Shown here in pieces: positions 9,208 through 19,900 of a stretch of 64,000 nucleotides of DNA (the first letter of the stretch is position 1; each line of letters begins with the position of its first letter). Location: assembly GCA_000004985.1 (NCBI GenBank), contig GG738859.1. One strand, written 5' to 3'. The stretch comes from Naegleria gruberi. Its lineage: Eukaryota. The translations under genes were made by a program, and so were the position numbers. The notes below the pieces were generated by a model, which was not told the origin of the DNA, did not search any database, and was given only the letters and a program-made list of their open reading frames with translations.

Positions 9208-12200
9208 TTATTGTACATTAGTTAGTAAATCCCTGATGTTGTACTTCAAGGAGAACAGGTTTTGTTTGTTCTCTATTAGCAAACCAAGACCATCCACCCA
9301 ATTATTGTAATCTCGCTCATCAAAAGTAACAAATTCCATCTTTTTCTTATCAGTAATAATTATGAGCGAGAATCCACCTTCAAGATTTTTGTTAGTTGAT
9401 TCTTTGCTCTTGGAAACCTTGTCAATATGTTCAACCTTCAAAAACGATTCTGGAACTTTCTTCTTATTGTCTCTTATTAATATTCTCGTAAACTCCTGCG
9501 ATAAGCATACGTGCCTTAATACATATTCCGTATTGGACTTTTTCTTATGCAATAGGGTACCATTACACATGAACTGGAATTTATCCAGAACAAATTGAAC
9601 ATCCTCCTTACTCAAAGGTTTTGAATTTGGCCCAAACAATTTATATTGTTTGGATGCCAATAATCTTGAAATGTTTGATGAGGCAACACCAACAACACCA
9701 CCATTTGATGGATTAGCAACGGTTGTGTTGGTAGAGGTATTGGTAGGCTTTTTAGGTGTTGTGGTTTGAGGAGCTTTTTGAGTGGTTTCAGTTGTGACAG
9801 GTGTTTGATCCTTTGTTATTTCTGGCTCATTTTCATATTGTTCTTCCTCACTACCCTCCAGTGAATTATTTGAGTTTTCAAGAGTATGATCATCATTCTC
9901 GTGTCCCTCGTTTTCTCTCTCTGCTAAATCTGTATAGAAATCTTCATCAAAGTCCTCTAAAGAATTAGGATCCTTATTTCTCATATACATGCTATAGTAA
10001 CCACTCTTAGAAACTGGAGGAGGATTTGATTTCTCGTTCTTACTTGGCTTGATCGATCTCATTATAATATCTGCCCCACTGTTCTTCACATTTTCTACTG
10101 CTTGTAATTTGAGCTCCAATCTATGTCTTAAATGTTGTCTCTGAGCTCTTACTTGTGATATTTTGCCTGTATATGATGCCTCGATATCTTCTAAGTTCTT
10201 CTTCATGGCAGCAAGTTGTTTCTTGAGTGTCATTGTTGAATTTGTCAAGTTATTTAATTCTTTCTCTATCACAGAAATACTCTTTTCCAAAGGTTTAGTG
10301 ACTGAATCATAATCAGCAATAGTTTCTTTTACATCCTCCTCTATTATAGCTAAAAGGTTATCAATTTCTTGAACTCTTGTTTCTATTGAGACTTTTTCTT
10401 TTGTAATTTCACTTTCGAATTGTTTCTCTTGATTTGCAAGACTTTCAATTTCCCTTTCAAGGTTTTCTTTTTGGTTTATCATTGAATCAATTTCTTCGTT
10501 CGCTTTTTCTAACTCATCCTGCTTTTCTATTTTTTGTTTGTTGATTACCTTGACTTGGCTTTCAACATTATTGCTGGCATCAACATATTGAGAAACCTTG
10601 TCACATTTGCTTGTATCTACAATTCTTTGGATAACATCTTTGATTTGATAATAAGATCCAACCAATGCCTCACACCTAACAAATCTTTCCTCTGTTAATT
10701 TCATTTCATCATCTGTGCAATTCTCGATTTTATCTGCCACTTGTTTCTCAACTTCCTCTTTCTCCTTGTTATAACTCTCTTCGATTTCGTTCAATTGCGA
10801 AACAATTGATTCTATTTCTTCGTCACACTCTTGTCTATCTCTGATTAATCCTCCTATTTGTTGCTCTAATTCACTGACAATATTTGAAAAATGACCAAGT
10901 CTTTCTAATTCTCCCCTTTTTCGCTCTGAGTTTTCCCGCTCAACTTCTCCAATTGAGGATGAGGATATCTTTTCTTTGGCAACCTCGACCAACTTTTTAT
11001 CTTTCTCAAGTTTATCCCTTATCATGGAAATGTACTCTTCTCTTTCCTTTGATCTCTTTCTCTCAATGTCTATAAATGATTTAGATTGGTTAATATAGAG
11101 TTTCTTGAATGTATTGACTATAGACTCATATGGCAATTTGAAACCGATTTGATCAAATTCTATTGCTTCCCCAAGAAAATTGGCATTGAATGAATCAACA
11201 CACTGTCTTAGTTGTTGGAAATCAAGTTCTTCAGAAGAAAGTTCTAAAGCATGAGCAAGAATAGCCTCTGTTTCCTCTATTTCAATAGACATGGTATGTA
11301 CATAATTCTCAAGAGCTGAGAGTTTTCTCAATTCATTTTGAAGGTTTTCAATCCCGCTCTCCTTCTTGGATACATATTCTTGTTTTGCAGATAGGTTCTC
11401 TTGCTCCAATTCCTCAAGAATGATCCTCTTTTCGTCTATTAACTCACAAACTTCTTGTCTCTTAGATTCTGCATATACTTTCTTGGAATTAAGCTCGTCT
11501 ACAGCTCTATTATATTCAAACTTCAAGTCTATCAGAAATATCTCTAAAGGAAACTTTTCTCGTAATCTTTCTGTCCTTAAATAAATTTCTTTTTCTCTCC
11601 TTATTAATGTTGTGAGATTCTTTTTTTGGTCATCAGTCAATGTAGATCCTTCCAAAATCATTGAATTAGTTGATATTTGGGCTAACCACTCTGATTCATC
11701 ATTCTCCAGCTCTTTCAGATAACAATCAATGTCACTAATTTTGCTTGCAATCCTCTCAATGGTTGCATTAACTTCTATTAGCTGGTCTCTCTTTTGAATC
11801 AATTTGTCATCAACAGGATTTCTCCTTAAATCTGTTGGGATAGATAGGAGTGAATCCCTCTCTTTGATTAAATTGTTCTTTTTTTGCTCGTTTTGGATTA
11901 TTAGGTCTTTCAATTTTTTCTTTTCTCTTGTTAAAATCTTCAACTCTTTATCTTGTTTTTTCTGTAAAGTGTCAATCTTTAAATACATATTTTCGAGAGA
12001 GGTTTGTTTTTCCTTAATAATTATCTTTTCTTTTTCACATTCTTCTCTCTTTTGATTTTTGATTTCTCTTTCTTTTTGATCAAAAATTGAGATGGCTTTT
12101 TCAATCTTAGAAATTTGAGAGCTAACATCCTCTAACCTGTCGCTAACTAGTCTTTGTCTGTCTAATTCTAATGGGTTGTGGTCTGGTTGTGGGGCTATTT

Positions 12201-12642
12201 TAATAGATTTTGGAGTTACTGACTTTGTTTGAGGAGGAGGTCGGGTTTTTTGTGGTGGAGAATCCTTTACTGCGACTGGTTTGGGGGTTTTCTTTGTAGT
12301 TTCAACTGCTTCAACCTTGTTACTTCTTTTAAATACAGGCTCTTCTTCGTCATCACTTCCATCAGAAAATCCAGCTTCCTCCAAATCCTTTTCAATAGCT
12401 TCAAGCAATGACCTTGATGGAGAAATAAGTATACTATCCTCATCTAAAAGTTGTTGAGCCTCCTTTAGAAGCACTTCCCTTTCACTAATTCCTTTCCGAT
12501 TAGAAGTTTTTTGTTTTTGGTTGGGTTCTTGTTGCCTCAACCTTTCCTTAAAATCAGCAATTTCATCCTTATCTGATGATGCAAGAGGAGACGATTGCTT
12601 TCCACCACCTCTCATTGATTTTGGTTGTTGTGTTGGTGGCAT
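9208..12642 (-). CDS. large coiled-coil protein (1144 aa) with C-terminal PH-like domain
   Basis: ATG at 12640-12642; continuous ORF. More than 800 aa of heptad-rich K/E/Q sequence. C-terminal region KQYKLFGPNSKPLSKEDVQFVLDKFQFMCNGTLLHKKKSNTEYVLRH...GGFSLIIITDKKKMEFVTFDERDYNNWVDGLGLLI resembles a PH/GRAM-like fold. Family not identified. Confidence 0.45.
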   Translation of the reverse strand: MPPTQQPKSMRGGGKQSSPLASSDKDEIADFKERLRQQEPNQKQKTSNRKGISEREVLLKEAQQLLDEDSILISPSRSLLEAIEKDLEEAGFSDGSDDEEEPVFKRSNKVEAVETTKKTPKPVAVKDSPPQKTRPPPQTKSVTPKSIKIAPQPDHNPLELDRQRLVSDRLEDVSSQISKIEKAISIFDQKEREIKNQKREECEKEKIIIKEKQTSLENMYLKIDTLQKKQDKELKILTREKKKLKDLIIQNEQKKNNLIKERDSLLSIPTDLRRNPVDDKLIQKRDQLIEVNATIERIASKISDIDCYLKELENDESEWLAQISTNSMILEGSTLTDDQKKNLTTLIRREKEIYLRTERLREKFPLEIFLIDLKFEYNRAVDELNSKKVYAESKRQEVCELIDEKRIILEELEQENLSAKQEYVSKKESGIENLQNELRKLSALENYVHTMSIEIEETEAILAHALELSSEELDFQQLRQCVDSFNANFLGEAIEFDQIGFKLPYESIVNTFKKLYINQSKSFIDIERKRSKEREEYISMIRDKLEKDKKLVEVAKEKISSSSIGEVERENSERKRGELERLGHFSNIVSELEQQIGGLIRDRQECDEEIESIVSQLNEIEESYNKEKEEVEKQVADKIENCTDDEMKLTEERFVRCEALVGSYYQIKDVIQRIVDTSKCDKVSQYVDASNNVESQVKVINKQKIEKQDELEKANEEIDSMINQKENLEREIESLANQEKQFESEITKEKVSIETRVQEIDNLLAIIEEDVKETIADYDSVTKPLEKSISVIEKELNNLTNSTMTLKKQLAAMKKNLEDIEASYTGKISQVRAQRQHLRHRLELKLQAVENVKNSGADIIMRSIKPSKNEKSNPPPVSKSGYYSMYMRNKDPNSLEDFDEDFYTDLAERENEGHENDDHTLENSNNSLEGSEEEQYENEPEITKDQTPVTTETTQKAPQTTTPKKPTNTSTNTTVANPSNGGVVGVASSNISRLLASKQYKLFGPNSKPLSKEDVQFVLDKFQFMCNGTLLHKKKSNTEYVLRHVCLSQEFTRILIRDNKKKVPESFLKVEHIDKVSKSKESTNKNLEGGFSLIIITDKKKMEFVTFDERDYNNWVDGLGLLIENKQNLFSLKYNIRDLLTNVQ

Positions 12643-12704
12643 TTTTTTGATAATGAATAACAGAAAAGTAAATTGGCGGGAATAATTATTTGGTGGATGA
12701 ATTT

Positions 12705-13424
12705 TTATTCCAATCCATAGTTTTCCTTAATACGTTTTCTAGTTTGTTCAATTTTTTCCTTCTTATAACGCTTCGAGTCATCTTCAGTAGTTGAAGCATC
12801 AGAAGAGGTTGGTTCATAAGAAGTTGGTTGAATGGTTCCAGGAGTCATAAATCTATTACTTGTTGAGTAACCAGTCATTGGTTGTTGGAAGTTTCTTCTT
12901 TGCATTTCATCTCTACGAATGATTTCTTCTGGATCGAAAATTCTACTAGCTCCATTTGAGTCATCTTGTTGGAATGATGGTTGTGTTCTTCTACGATCAG
13001 TAAGACAAGCATGTGACATGACGAAGAATACTGTAAAGATATATCCTACAAAGAGAGTGGTGTACATTCCAGAGACGAGAACGAGCAATACGAGAGCAAA
13101 CAAGCAAGTGAGAATGGCCAAATTTTTGGTAACCTTTATACGACGCAAAACAATGATGTTGTCAGACTTGTGATAGGCCAAGAAGAAGAAAAGACTTAGA
13201 GCAAGGATTAAAACAGGGAAAAATAAATAGGAGAAGAGCATTGGTAAACACAACATAATCATGTTGATGAGCAAATAATTAGTTTGGAAAAATGTAATAG
13301 AATCCAATATTCTTGCTCTAAGTGGTTGTTTGTGATTTCTAAGTGAAGTATAGGCAAGAAATTCTCTAAGAGGTCGAAGAGGTGGAAGGAGTGGCTCCAC
13401 GTCAATAATTCCTGGTGTGATCAT
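12705..13424 (-). CDS. PRA1 (prenylated Rab acceptor / Yip3) family membrane protein
   Basis: ATG at 13422-13424. LRPLREFLAYTSLRNHKQPLRARILDSITFFQTNY followed by two long hydrophobic hairpins (LLINMIMLCLPMLFSYLFFPVLILALSLFFFLAY...; LAILTCLFALVLLVLVSGMYTTLFVGYIFTVFFVM). This matches the PRA1 layout (LRPW..F...YYQSNY motif region). Confidence 0.6.
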   Translation of the reverse strand: MITPGIIDVEPLLPPLRPLREFLAYTSLRNHKQPLRARILDSITFFQTNYLLINMIMLCLPMLFSYLFFPVLILALSLFFFLAYHKSDNIIVLRRIKVTKNLAILTCLFALVLLVLVSGMYTTLFVGYIFTVFFVMSHACLTDRRRTQPSFQQDDSNGASRIFDPEEIIRRDEMQRRNFQQPMTGYSTSNRFMTPGTIQPTSYEPTSSDASTTEDDSKRYKKEKIEQTRKRIKENYGLE

Positions 13425-13715
13425 TTTTTTTAAAATTTAAATAATTAATTTAATAATACATCACCAGTGTATTGATGGAAAACTACACGACTTTAGTCAA
13501 ACTACAAAGTCAAACTGTTATTTGTTATCCACACCTCAACCTATTTACTTCGATTCTATTTTGTTGTATGGCAACCACTTGTTGTATCATTTACAGTAAA
13601 ATAAACCTATTGGTGATTTACAGTTTTAAATATTTGTAATGAAAAGTATGAAAAAAGTAGAAATTTCCTTAAATAAATTTGTAATTTAATATTATTTGAA
13701 ATGTAATCTGGGGAA

Positions 13716-14537
13716 TTAATTTCCACCAGTGACACCTGAGATTGTACTTGTGAGAGATCTCTTAACAAAGAATGCCATGATCTGGTCCTTGGCACGACCA
13801 AGTGAGCTTCCTTCTTCATTGAAATGTCTATATAATAAGAGAACAATGATAACTTGATAAACTACATTGAATGCCCAAACAGCAGCCATAATAAAGCTAT
13901 AAATCATGGCAAATGTACCATCAGATTTAGTGATTAATTGCAAAGCTCCAACCAATCCACAAGCTCCCATTGATGGAACTCCAATAGCCATGAATAATGA
14001 AAAGATAATACCAACCAAATATGAAATGAATGCCAAAACATATCTTAAACGATCAGTTGACCAATTTGAAATTTGAAACCTACCTGGCAGAGTTCTTGTG
14101 TGCACAAGCACCATATGTCAACCAATATTGAGCAAAGAATGCAATAACTGGATAAAAGATAATATAACATCCACCAAGAGCAACTCCTCCAATATAATCA
14201 TAAACTCTACTAGTGACAAGAGCAATGATCAATCCGACAATGTTCAAAATTGCAATAATAATAAAAGCAATATATTCTCCCTATTTTGATGATGATTACA
14301 ATTATCATATTGTTAGATCACGATCACAATATAACCTACCAATCCCATCAAGGCTAAATACTTTTTTCTACCACAAGCAGAAATACTGTGATAAACTATA
14401 GGATAACATGGTGGAAAATTCTTAACTTTCTTTTGTTGTGGTTGTTCTACTTCCTCTTCAGAAGCAGCACTTTCATTGTCGTTTGTTTCCTCCGAAGCGG
14501 TCTGCTTCTTCCCGAAGAGACCTTTAACGTAATTCAT
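13716..14537 (-). CDS. SCAMP-like (secretory carrier membrane protein) 4-TM protein; 3 exons (14340..14537, 14084..14280, 13716..14043)
   Basis: Exon 1 ...KNFPPCYPIVYHSISACGRKKYLALMGL carries the SCAMP NFPP/CY motif. Introns are 59 nt (gtaggttata...gatctaacaa...caaaatag) and 40 nt (gtaggtttcaaa...cgtttaag); splice phases are consistent. The product is about 240 aa with four TM helices. There is no N-terminal NPF repeat region. Confidence 0.55.
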
Positions 14538-14740
14538 TTTTTTGTTATTAAAAAAGATTTCTAATTGGAAGGCAAACTCTATCTTCTGTCTAACACTGCC
14601 CTGTGATAGAAAATGTGGCCTTCCATCTGTTCAGATGACACTTTCTAATAAAACATTCCTCTATTGAACTCTATTGATCTATTTCGCTAACTGAGATGGA
14701 GTTTGATAAAAATATAGAAATCAATAATAATTTAATTAAT

Positions 14741-15439
14741 TTACATCTTTTTGAAACTGATTCGCATTGGTTGTTGTTTAATCTTCCATGATTGAAGACC
14801 TTCTCTAGCAGATGTAGCTTGTTCAATAGTTTCATATTCCACAAAGGCAACACCTTTCTCTCCTACCAATCTCAATTTCTTATATCCATCATAATTGTTG
14901 AATAATGTTTCAAGTAATTCTGAACTCTTTTCAACATCCCTTGGTAAATTTTCAATGAAAAGTACACTGCTTGGAACCAGATTTTCTTCCCTCCTAGATT
15001 GTTTAGATGATTCTTGTTTAACTTTCTTTGGTTTTTTCTGTTCTGGTTCTTCTTCAAGTCCGTGTTTAGCTCGTTTTTGTTCAACTCTCTTTGCTTTATA
15101 TTCTTCATAATTTCCATCTAATTTAGCTGTAGCATCACTTTTAGATTTTGCAAAATTAATATGCATTGGCTTATCATGGAATACATATCCATTTAATTTC
15201 TTCTTTGCTGCTGTTGCTGTTGCTACATCTTTAAATACAATAAAAGCTTGTCCTCTAGTCTTTTCATATCTACTTGCTATGACATCCAAAACTTCTCCGA
15301 ATTGTCCAAACATACTATATAATTGTTTTTTAAGAGTAGGCACTTTGATCTTTTCATTAATATTATTTATGTATATTGTGTTGTTTGGCATGATTTGTTC
15401 CTGATCATCGCCTGTAATTTCTTGTTGTGGTTGTTGCAT
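14741..15439 (-). CDS. U1 snRNP A / U2 snRNP B''-type protein (two RRMs)
   Basis: ATG 15437-15439; single exon of 232 aa. NTIYINNINEKIKVPTLKKQLYSMFGQFGEVLDVIASRYEKTRGQAFIVFKDVATATAAKKKLNGYVFHDKPMHINFAKSKSD matches RRM1 of U1A/U2B'' closely. A lysine-rich linker and a second RRM follow (VLFIENLPRDV...GVAFVEYE). Confidence 0.8.
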   Translation of the reverse strand: MQQPQQEITGDDQEQIMPNNTIYINNINEKIKVPTLKKQLYSMFGQFGEVLDVIASRYEKTRGQAFIVFKDVATATAAKKKLNGYVFHDKPMHINFAKSKSDATAKLDGNYEEYKAKRVEQKRAKHGLEEEPEQKKPKKVKQESSKQSRREENLVPSSVLFIENLPRDVEKSSELLETLFNNYDGYKKLRLVGEKGVAFVEYETIEQATSAREGLQSWKIKQQPMRISFKKM

Positions 15440-15658
15440 TTTTTGAAGGTGTAGTTAATCTAAAATGATCAATAAATTTAATTTTAATTAATTTAATATG
15501 ATAATTATAAAATTATATTAATTAAATAGAAACTGCTTCAAACATCCATGACATTATGGATCTTGGTTTCATCTGTTGGTTATCATCTATTGGTCTTATA
15601 ATTTGAATTACTTCCGATGTTGCTTTCATCAAATTATGATGTACAACAATGTTTTCTA

Positions 15659-16130
15659 TTACTGTTTTCTTGCCATCATTAAATTATGATGTCCAGAGTG
15701 GATATCACCAAAAACCCTGCAAACTCTCTGGCATGCATCGTCTATGGCAATTCTCTTCGCTTCCAATACTGCTTTACCTCTACTATCACATTGGAAATTT
15801 CCACAACCAATTTGTTCATGTGAGTTGAAGTTGTCGTATGTCATGGAAACAATTACACTCACACCTGCATGATAGGATAGAATGGTATTGTTTCCAATCT
15901 TCTTTTCCACCTCATCCACATAATCAACGTTAATATCTTTAATTTTCATTGTCAGTTTATATCTGTCAAAGTGTTTATACATGTCGGATTTCTCCTTTTG
16001 CGTTAATTGATGCTTTAGATAATTAATGATCATAATTTTAGCATCACAAACAAACCTTCTCAAAATACGTCATTCCCGAATCATCAATTTCAAATTCTTC
16101 ATTTGCTGATTGATCCAGTTGTTGTTCCAT
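15659..16130 (-). CDS. small Rad52/Mgm101-superfamily-like protein (~142 aa); 2 exons (16056..16130, 15659..16012), 43-nt intron with GTTTGT donor
   Basis: Spliced protein MEQQLDQSANEEFEIDDSGMTYFEK|HQLTQKEKSDMYKHFDRYKLTMKIKDINVDYVDEVEKKIGNNTILSYHAGVSVIVSMTYDNFNSHEQIGCGNFQCDSRGKAVLEAKRIAIDDACQRVCRVFGDIHSG. The block GxSVIVxMT...HEQIGCG...KAVLEAKRIAIDDACQR..R.FG parallels the Rad52 core (TAIVRVTL..G.YHEDIGYG...AAFERAKKSAVTDALKRSLRGFGN). Confidence 0.4.
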
Positions 16131-16154
16131 TTTTTATAAGAATATTTTCTTTAT

Positions 16155-16848
16155 TTACAGTTTGTGTGCTGTCTTATGTTCACAGACGTACTTAATTTCC
16201 TCAACTCTTTCTAAGAATGATTTATAGAAACTGTCAGCAATATGTAAGAATGGTTGTTCTACATTTCCATCATCAGTATTTGTGGCAGTTTGGAAGAATT
16301 CCAATCCACATTCCCTAGCAAATTCTTCACCTTGATGTCTAGTTACCTTTTCAAAAGCACCTAGGTCACTCTTATTTCCTACTAATACACCTAATAGTGA
16401 TTTGTCGTGCTTCTTTTGACTGCTGTTACTAGTTCTTACACTCTTACACAATCTGTACCATTTTGTTAAATTTGTAAATGTTTCTGGATTGGTTGCATCA
16501 TAGACAATAATAAAAGCATTCAAACCATCGATCTAATTCCGATTATTAATCAATGATTAAAATTCCAACTGAATTCATTGTACATACATATTCGTTGTAT
16601 GATTTTTCATAAATTGATGATCCACTAATATCGAAAATAAATAGTTCTACTTGATTTTCCTTTGGAATTGAATCATGTTGTTGTTCATTTGTAACAACAG
16701 GAACATCAATTGTTTTTGTATATAAATCAGCTCCAATTGTCATTAAATATTGATTCGGAAATGTTCTTTCTTTGAACATTTTGATAAGACTTGTTTTTCC
16801 AACAGTGGAATCTCCGAGAATACCAACTTTACATCTGAGTTTAACCAT
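16155..16848 (-). CDS. IFT27: IFT27 / RABL4-like intraflagellar transport GTPase; 2 exons (16588..16848, 16155..16532), 55-nt intron
   Basis: MVKLRCKVGILGDSTVGKTSLIKMFKERTFPNQYLMTIGADLYTKTIDVP...VELFIFDISGSSIYEKSYNEY|IDGLNAFIIVYDATNPETFTNLTKWYRLCKS...LLGVLVGNKSDLGAFEKVTRHQGEEFARECGLEFFQTATN. Compare human IFT27 MVKLAAKCILAGDPAVGKTAL...VELFIFDSAG...LCLVYDVTNE.SF.N..KW...LPGVLVGNKTDL. The track start (16941) is TTG; the intron donor gtatgt sits directly after the EY codon. Confidence 0.65.
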
Positions 16849-16986
16849 CTTTATGTTCCGTTTAAAATGTTTGTTCGATTTTTTCTGTAAGGTTTTTGTT
16901 GTTTTACTTATTGTACTTTGTATGAGGATTTTTGGCGCCAAAATTAAATACTGTTAGTTGTTGGTTAATTTATTCGTGATTTCTTT

Positions 16987-19900
16987 TTATTTCTTCTTGA
17001 TTATTTCTTCTAGATCATAGAGTGCTTCCTTAGCACCAATACGTTTCTTTGGATTGGAGACTAGACATGATTTGATAAGGGATGAAATTCGTTTAGGTAT
17101 GTTTTTCAATTCGAATTGATAATCCATTTCCTTGACGAATCTATCTTCATTTTGACAAATAGCAATCACTGCAATACTGGCATCCATTTCTAATCCTAAT
17201 ATCAGACCTGCCATTAAGATTCCAAATTGGAAAATGTCCAGTCTATCTGTAACAATATTTTGCGCTGTTGGATTTTGGAAAAAGTATTCAGGTGCAATAA
17301 ATACGCAATTTGTTTTGGAATTTTTCACTTGAGCTTCTTCAAATGATGAGAGAAGAACCTGTTCAATGTCATCATGATAGAGAATTGTTTGAGTATTAAC
17401 ATGACAATGAACAATATCTTGTGTGTGTAAGTAATTGAGGGCTTCTGCTATTTCTGAGGCTAATCTACAAACTTGGAGAGTTGTGAAGATTGTTGGAGGG
17501 GAAGATGAAATACTGGTCACCACTGATAGGGTATTCTTATTATCTTCTTCATCGAGATATGGCTTTCTTTCAGTATTGGAAAGAGAATTGATATTTGAGG
17601 AATAGGATGGAGTTAAATCACTAACAGAAACGTTATTGGAACGAGATCTCTTATATAAGATGAAATAATCAAGAGTGTTCATTTCATAGAATGGCTCTAC
17701 TAAACAGTGCATATTGATCCATGAAAATTTGTGAATGACAGGGGCTATGGATTTTGTGTAATGACACGAATTGAACATGGAATCAATAATATTAAATCCA
17801 TTAAAATAAAAATCAATATTATCAGTTCCATTCGTGACAACATTATTGATATCATCCATATAATCATCGCAGTATGGTAACTTTACAATCTTTGGTAAGT
17901 TCTTTTGTTGAGAGTTAGTTTGTGGTACAATAGTCATACAAGAATTAATGGGTAAGCATGTTATCTTGAAAGTATGCTCAGAATTTCCATATTTTCTTCT
18001 TTTAGAAGCAAGTAGTATTTCCTTTCCTCTCTTTGATTCCATAAATTTAGTAATTTTCAATTTTTCTATACTAATAAATTGATTAATGGCCCTCATAGAA
18101 AAAACTTCTGGAGTAAAACCTAACTGTGTCAGTGAGAGTACTCTTCTTGATGGTTTGTACAAACCCTGTACCTCCATATTATCTAGTGCAGAGAAGGAAT
18201 CCTCTTGATCTTCAATGTCATCCAAAGGGGTTGGAAGTCTGAGGGCAACCAGATTGTGTTTTTTAGAACTTTCATTGGTTTGGTAAGGAGCTGAAGATCC
18301 TTTAACAGGAGAAAAATTAGATAATGAGTTGATCTTTTTCAAAATATCTAACTTGAAAGAACCATATTGAAGTACCATCATTTTCGAATAAATAGACTCT
18401 GCCTCCTCTTCAGTCATGGTAAATGCACTTGTTGATTGTGAAGAGCGTTGAAACAGGCTTATTTGCGTATTATTTGATTTATCAGTATCCCAATATATGT
18501 TTTGTACTCCTCTTCTCAAAAGCATTTCAATATCTTCAATTGTTTCATAGAGGTCTTTGGATAGTATTCTCTCCTCAGGATGCACTGTCAACATTTGATT
18601 AACAATAATATCGACCAATCTCTCGTATAAATCTAAAAACTCTGTATCATATCTATAGTTCAATAAAATCATCTCTCTAATGTACACTCGTTTGGCATGA
18701 ATAGAAGTGGCATTAATGAGAGTTTCTAAAGACAAATCTAAACCTAGTATTTGGTAGAACAGTATACCTAGTGAATAAATATCTGAGGAATTGATAAGTG
18801 TCTCAGATATCGATTCCTTAATGTTAATACTGCAAACACTTTCCAGATCATTGTCACTTGAAATGTTTAAATTCTGAGAGGCCCATATAGGCGATGAACT
18901 CCTAATATAAATATTCTTTTTTGGACCATTAGTGATAAGATCTTTTAGCTCAGGGGAGTGGTATTCTGTAATTGATTTTTGATCGAATGAATATCTATTT
19001 GGGAATAATTTAAAATCGTTAAGGAATTTGTTTCCAGTAATCATAAATGTTAAATGGATAGAACCTGATGGATTGGGTATGGAAGCACTTGGAGATGGAG
19101 ATCCACCTTGTCCATCAATGGCAACACAAGAACTCCTCCTAAAACTTTCTGAAGAAAGGGCAGCATCTGATAATAAATGTTGAGTTGCCATACTTCTTCT
19201 GATATTTTCACTCAGACTGGATGAGCCTGCTTTTTGTAATATGGAAATTTTTGGAAAAGGATCTGTCAATATGACATCATAAGTTTGTTCAGTTGAAGTT
19301 TGACTGGTCATAGAATCTGATCTCTTTTTTGAAAAAAAGGATCTTGTTACTCGATTATTTGTAGTATGTGGTACTAAGAATATGTTTTCAGGTTTTAAAT
19401 TATGATGGGAATATCCCAGTTGATGTATCTGTACAACAGGAGCTAATATTTGTTTGAATAGCAAGATAGCTTCCAGTAATGAGAGATTTTTCCCCAATGT
19501 CTTTTGTTTTGAGATTACTGAGCTTAAATTTCTGTCAAAGTATGGCATGACAAGCATGACAAGAACTTGTTGATTTCCAGATGGAGAATTGAAAAAATTC
19601 TTATCCACATAAATCTTGAAAAACTTGTCATCCACCTTCTTTTCATCTCTTCTCGTGTTATGAAAAGTCATATACCAATAATTTTTCAATTCTTCAATAT
19701 ATCTTTCCAAAGGGAAAGAACCTGATTGATGAGAGTAGCTGTACCATTCATTAATTGTGCATTTGAAGAATTTTACAACAACTTGTCTACTGTTTGATGA
19801 ATATAAAGAAGATGAAAATTGTTTAGCTTGTTGGAGATTGTTTTGACTGTTTGTAAATTCCGATGTTCCACAAGATTGTTTTTTGTGTGCAACTTCTGTT

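Noticed and set aside
14098-14401. Plus-strand ORFs 14098..14289 and 14213..14401.
   Set aside because: They are antisense to the SCAMP-like gene's exon 2 and intron region. They are N/S-rich low complexity.
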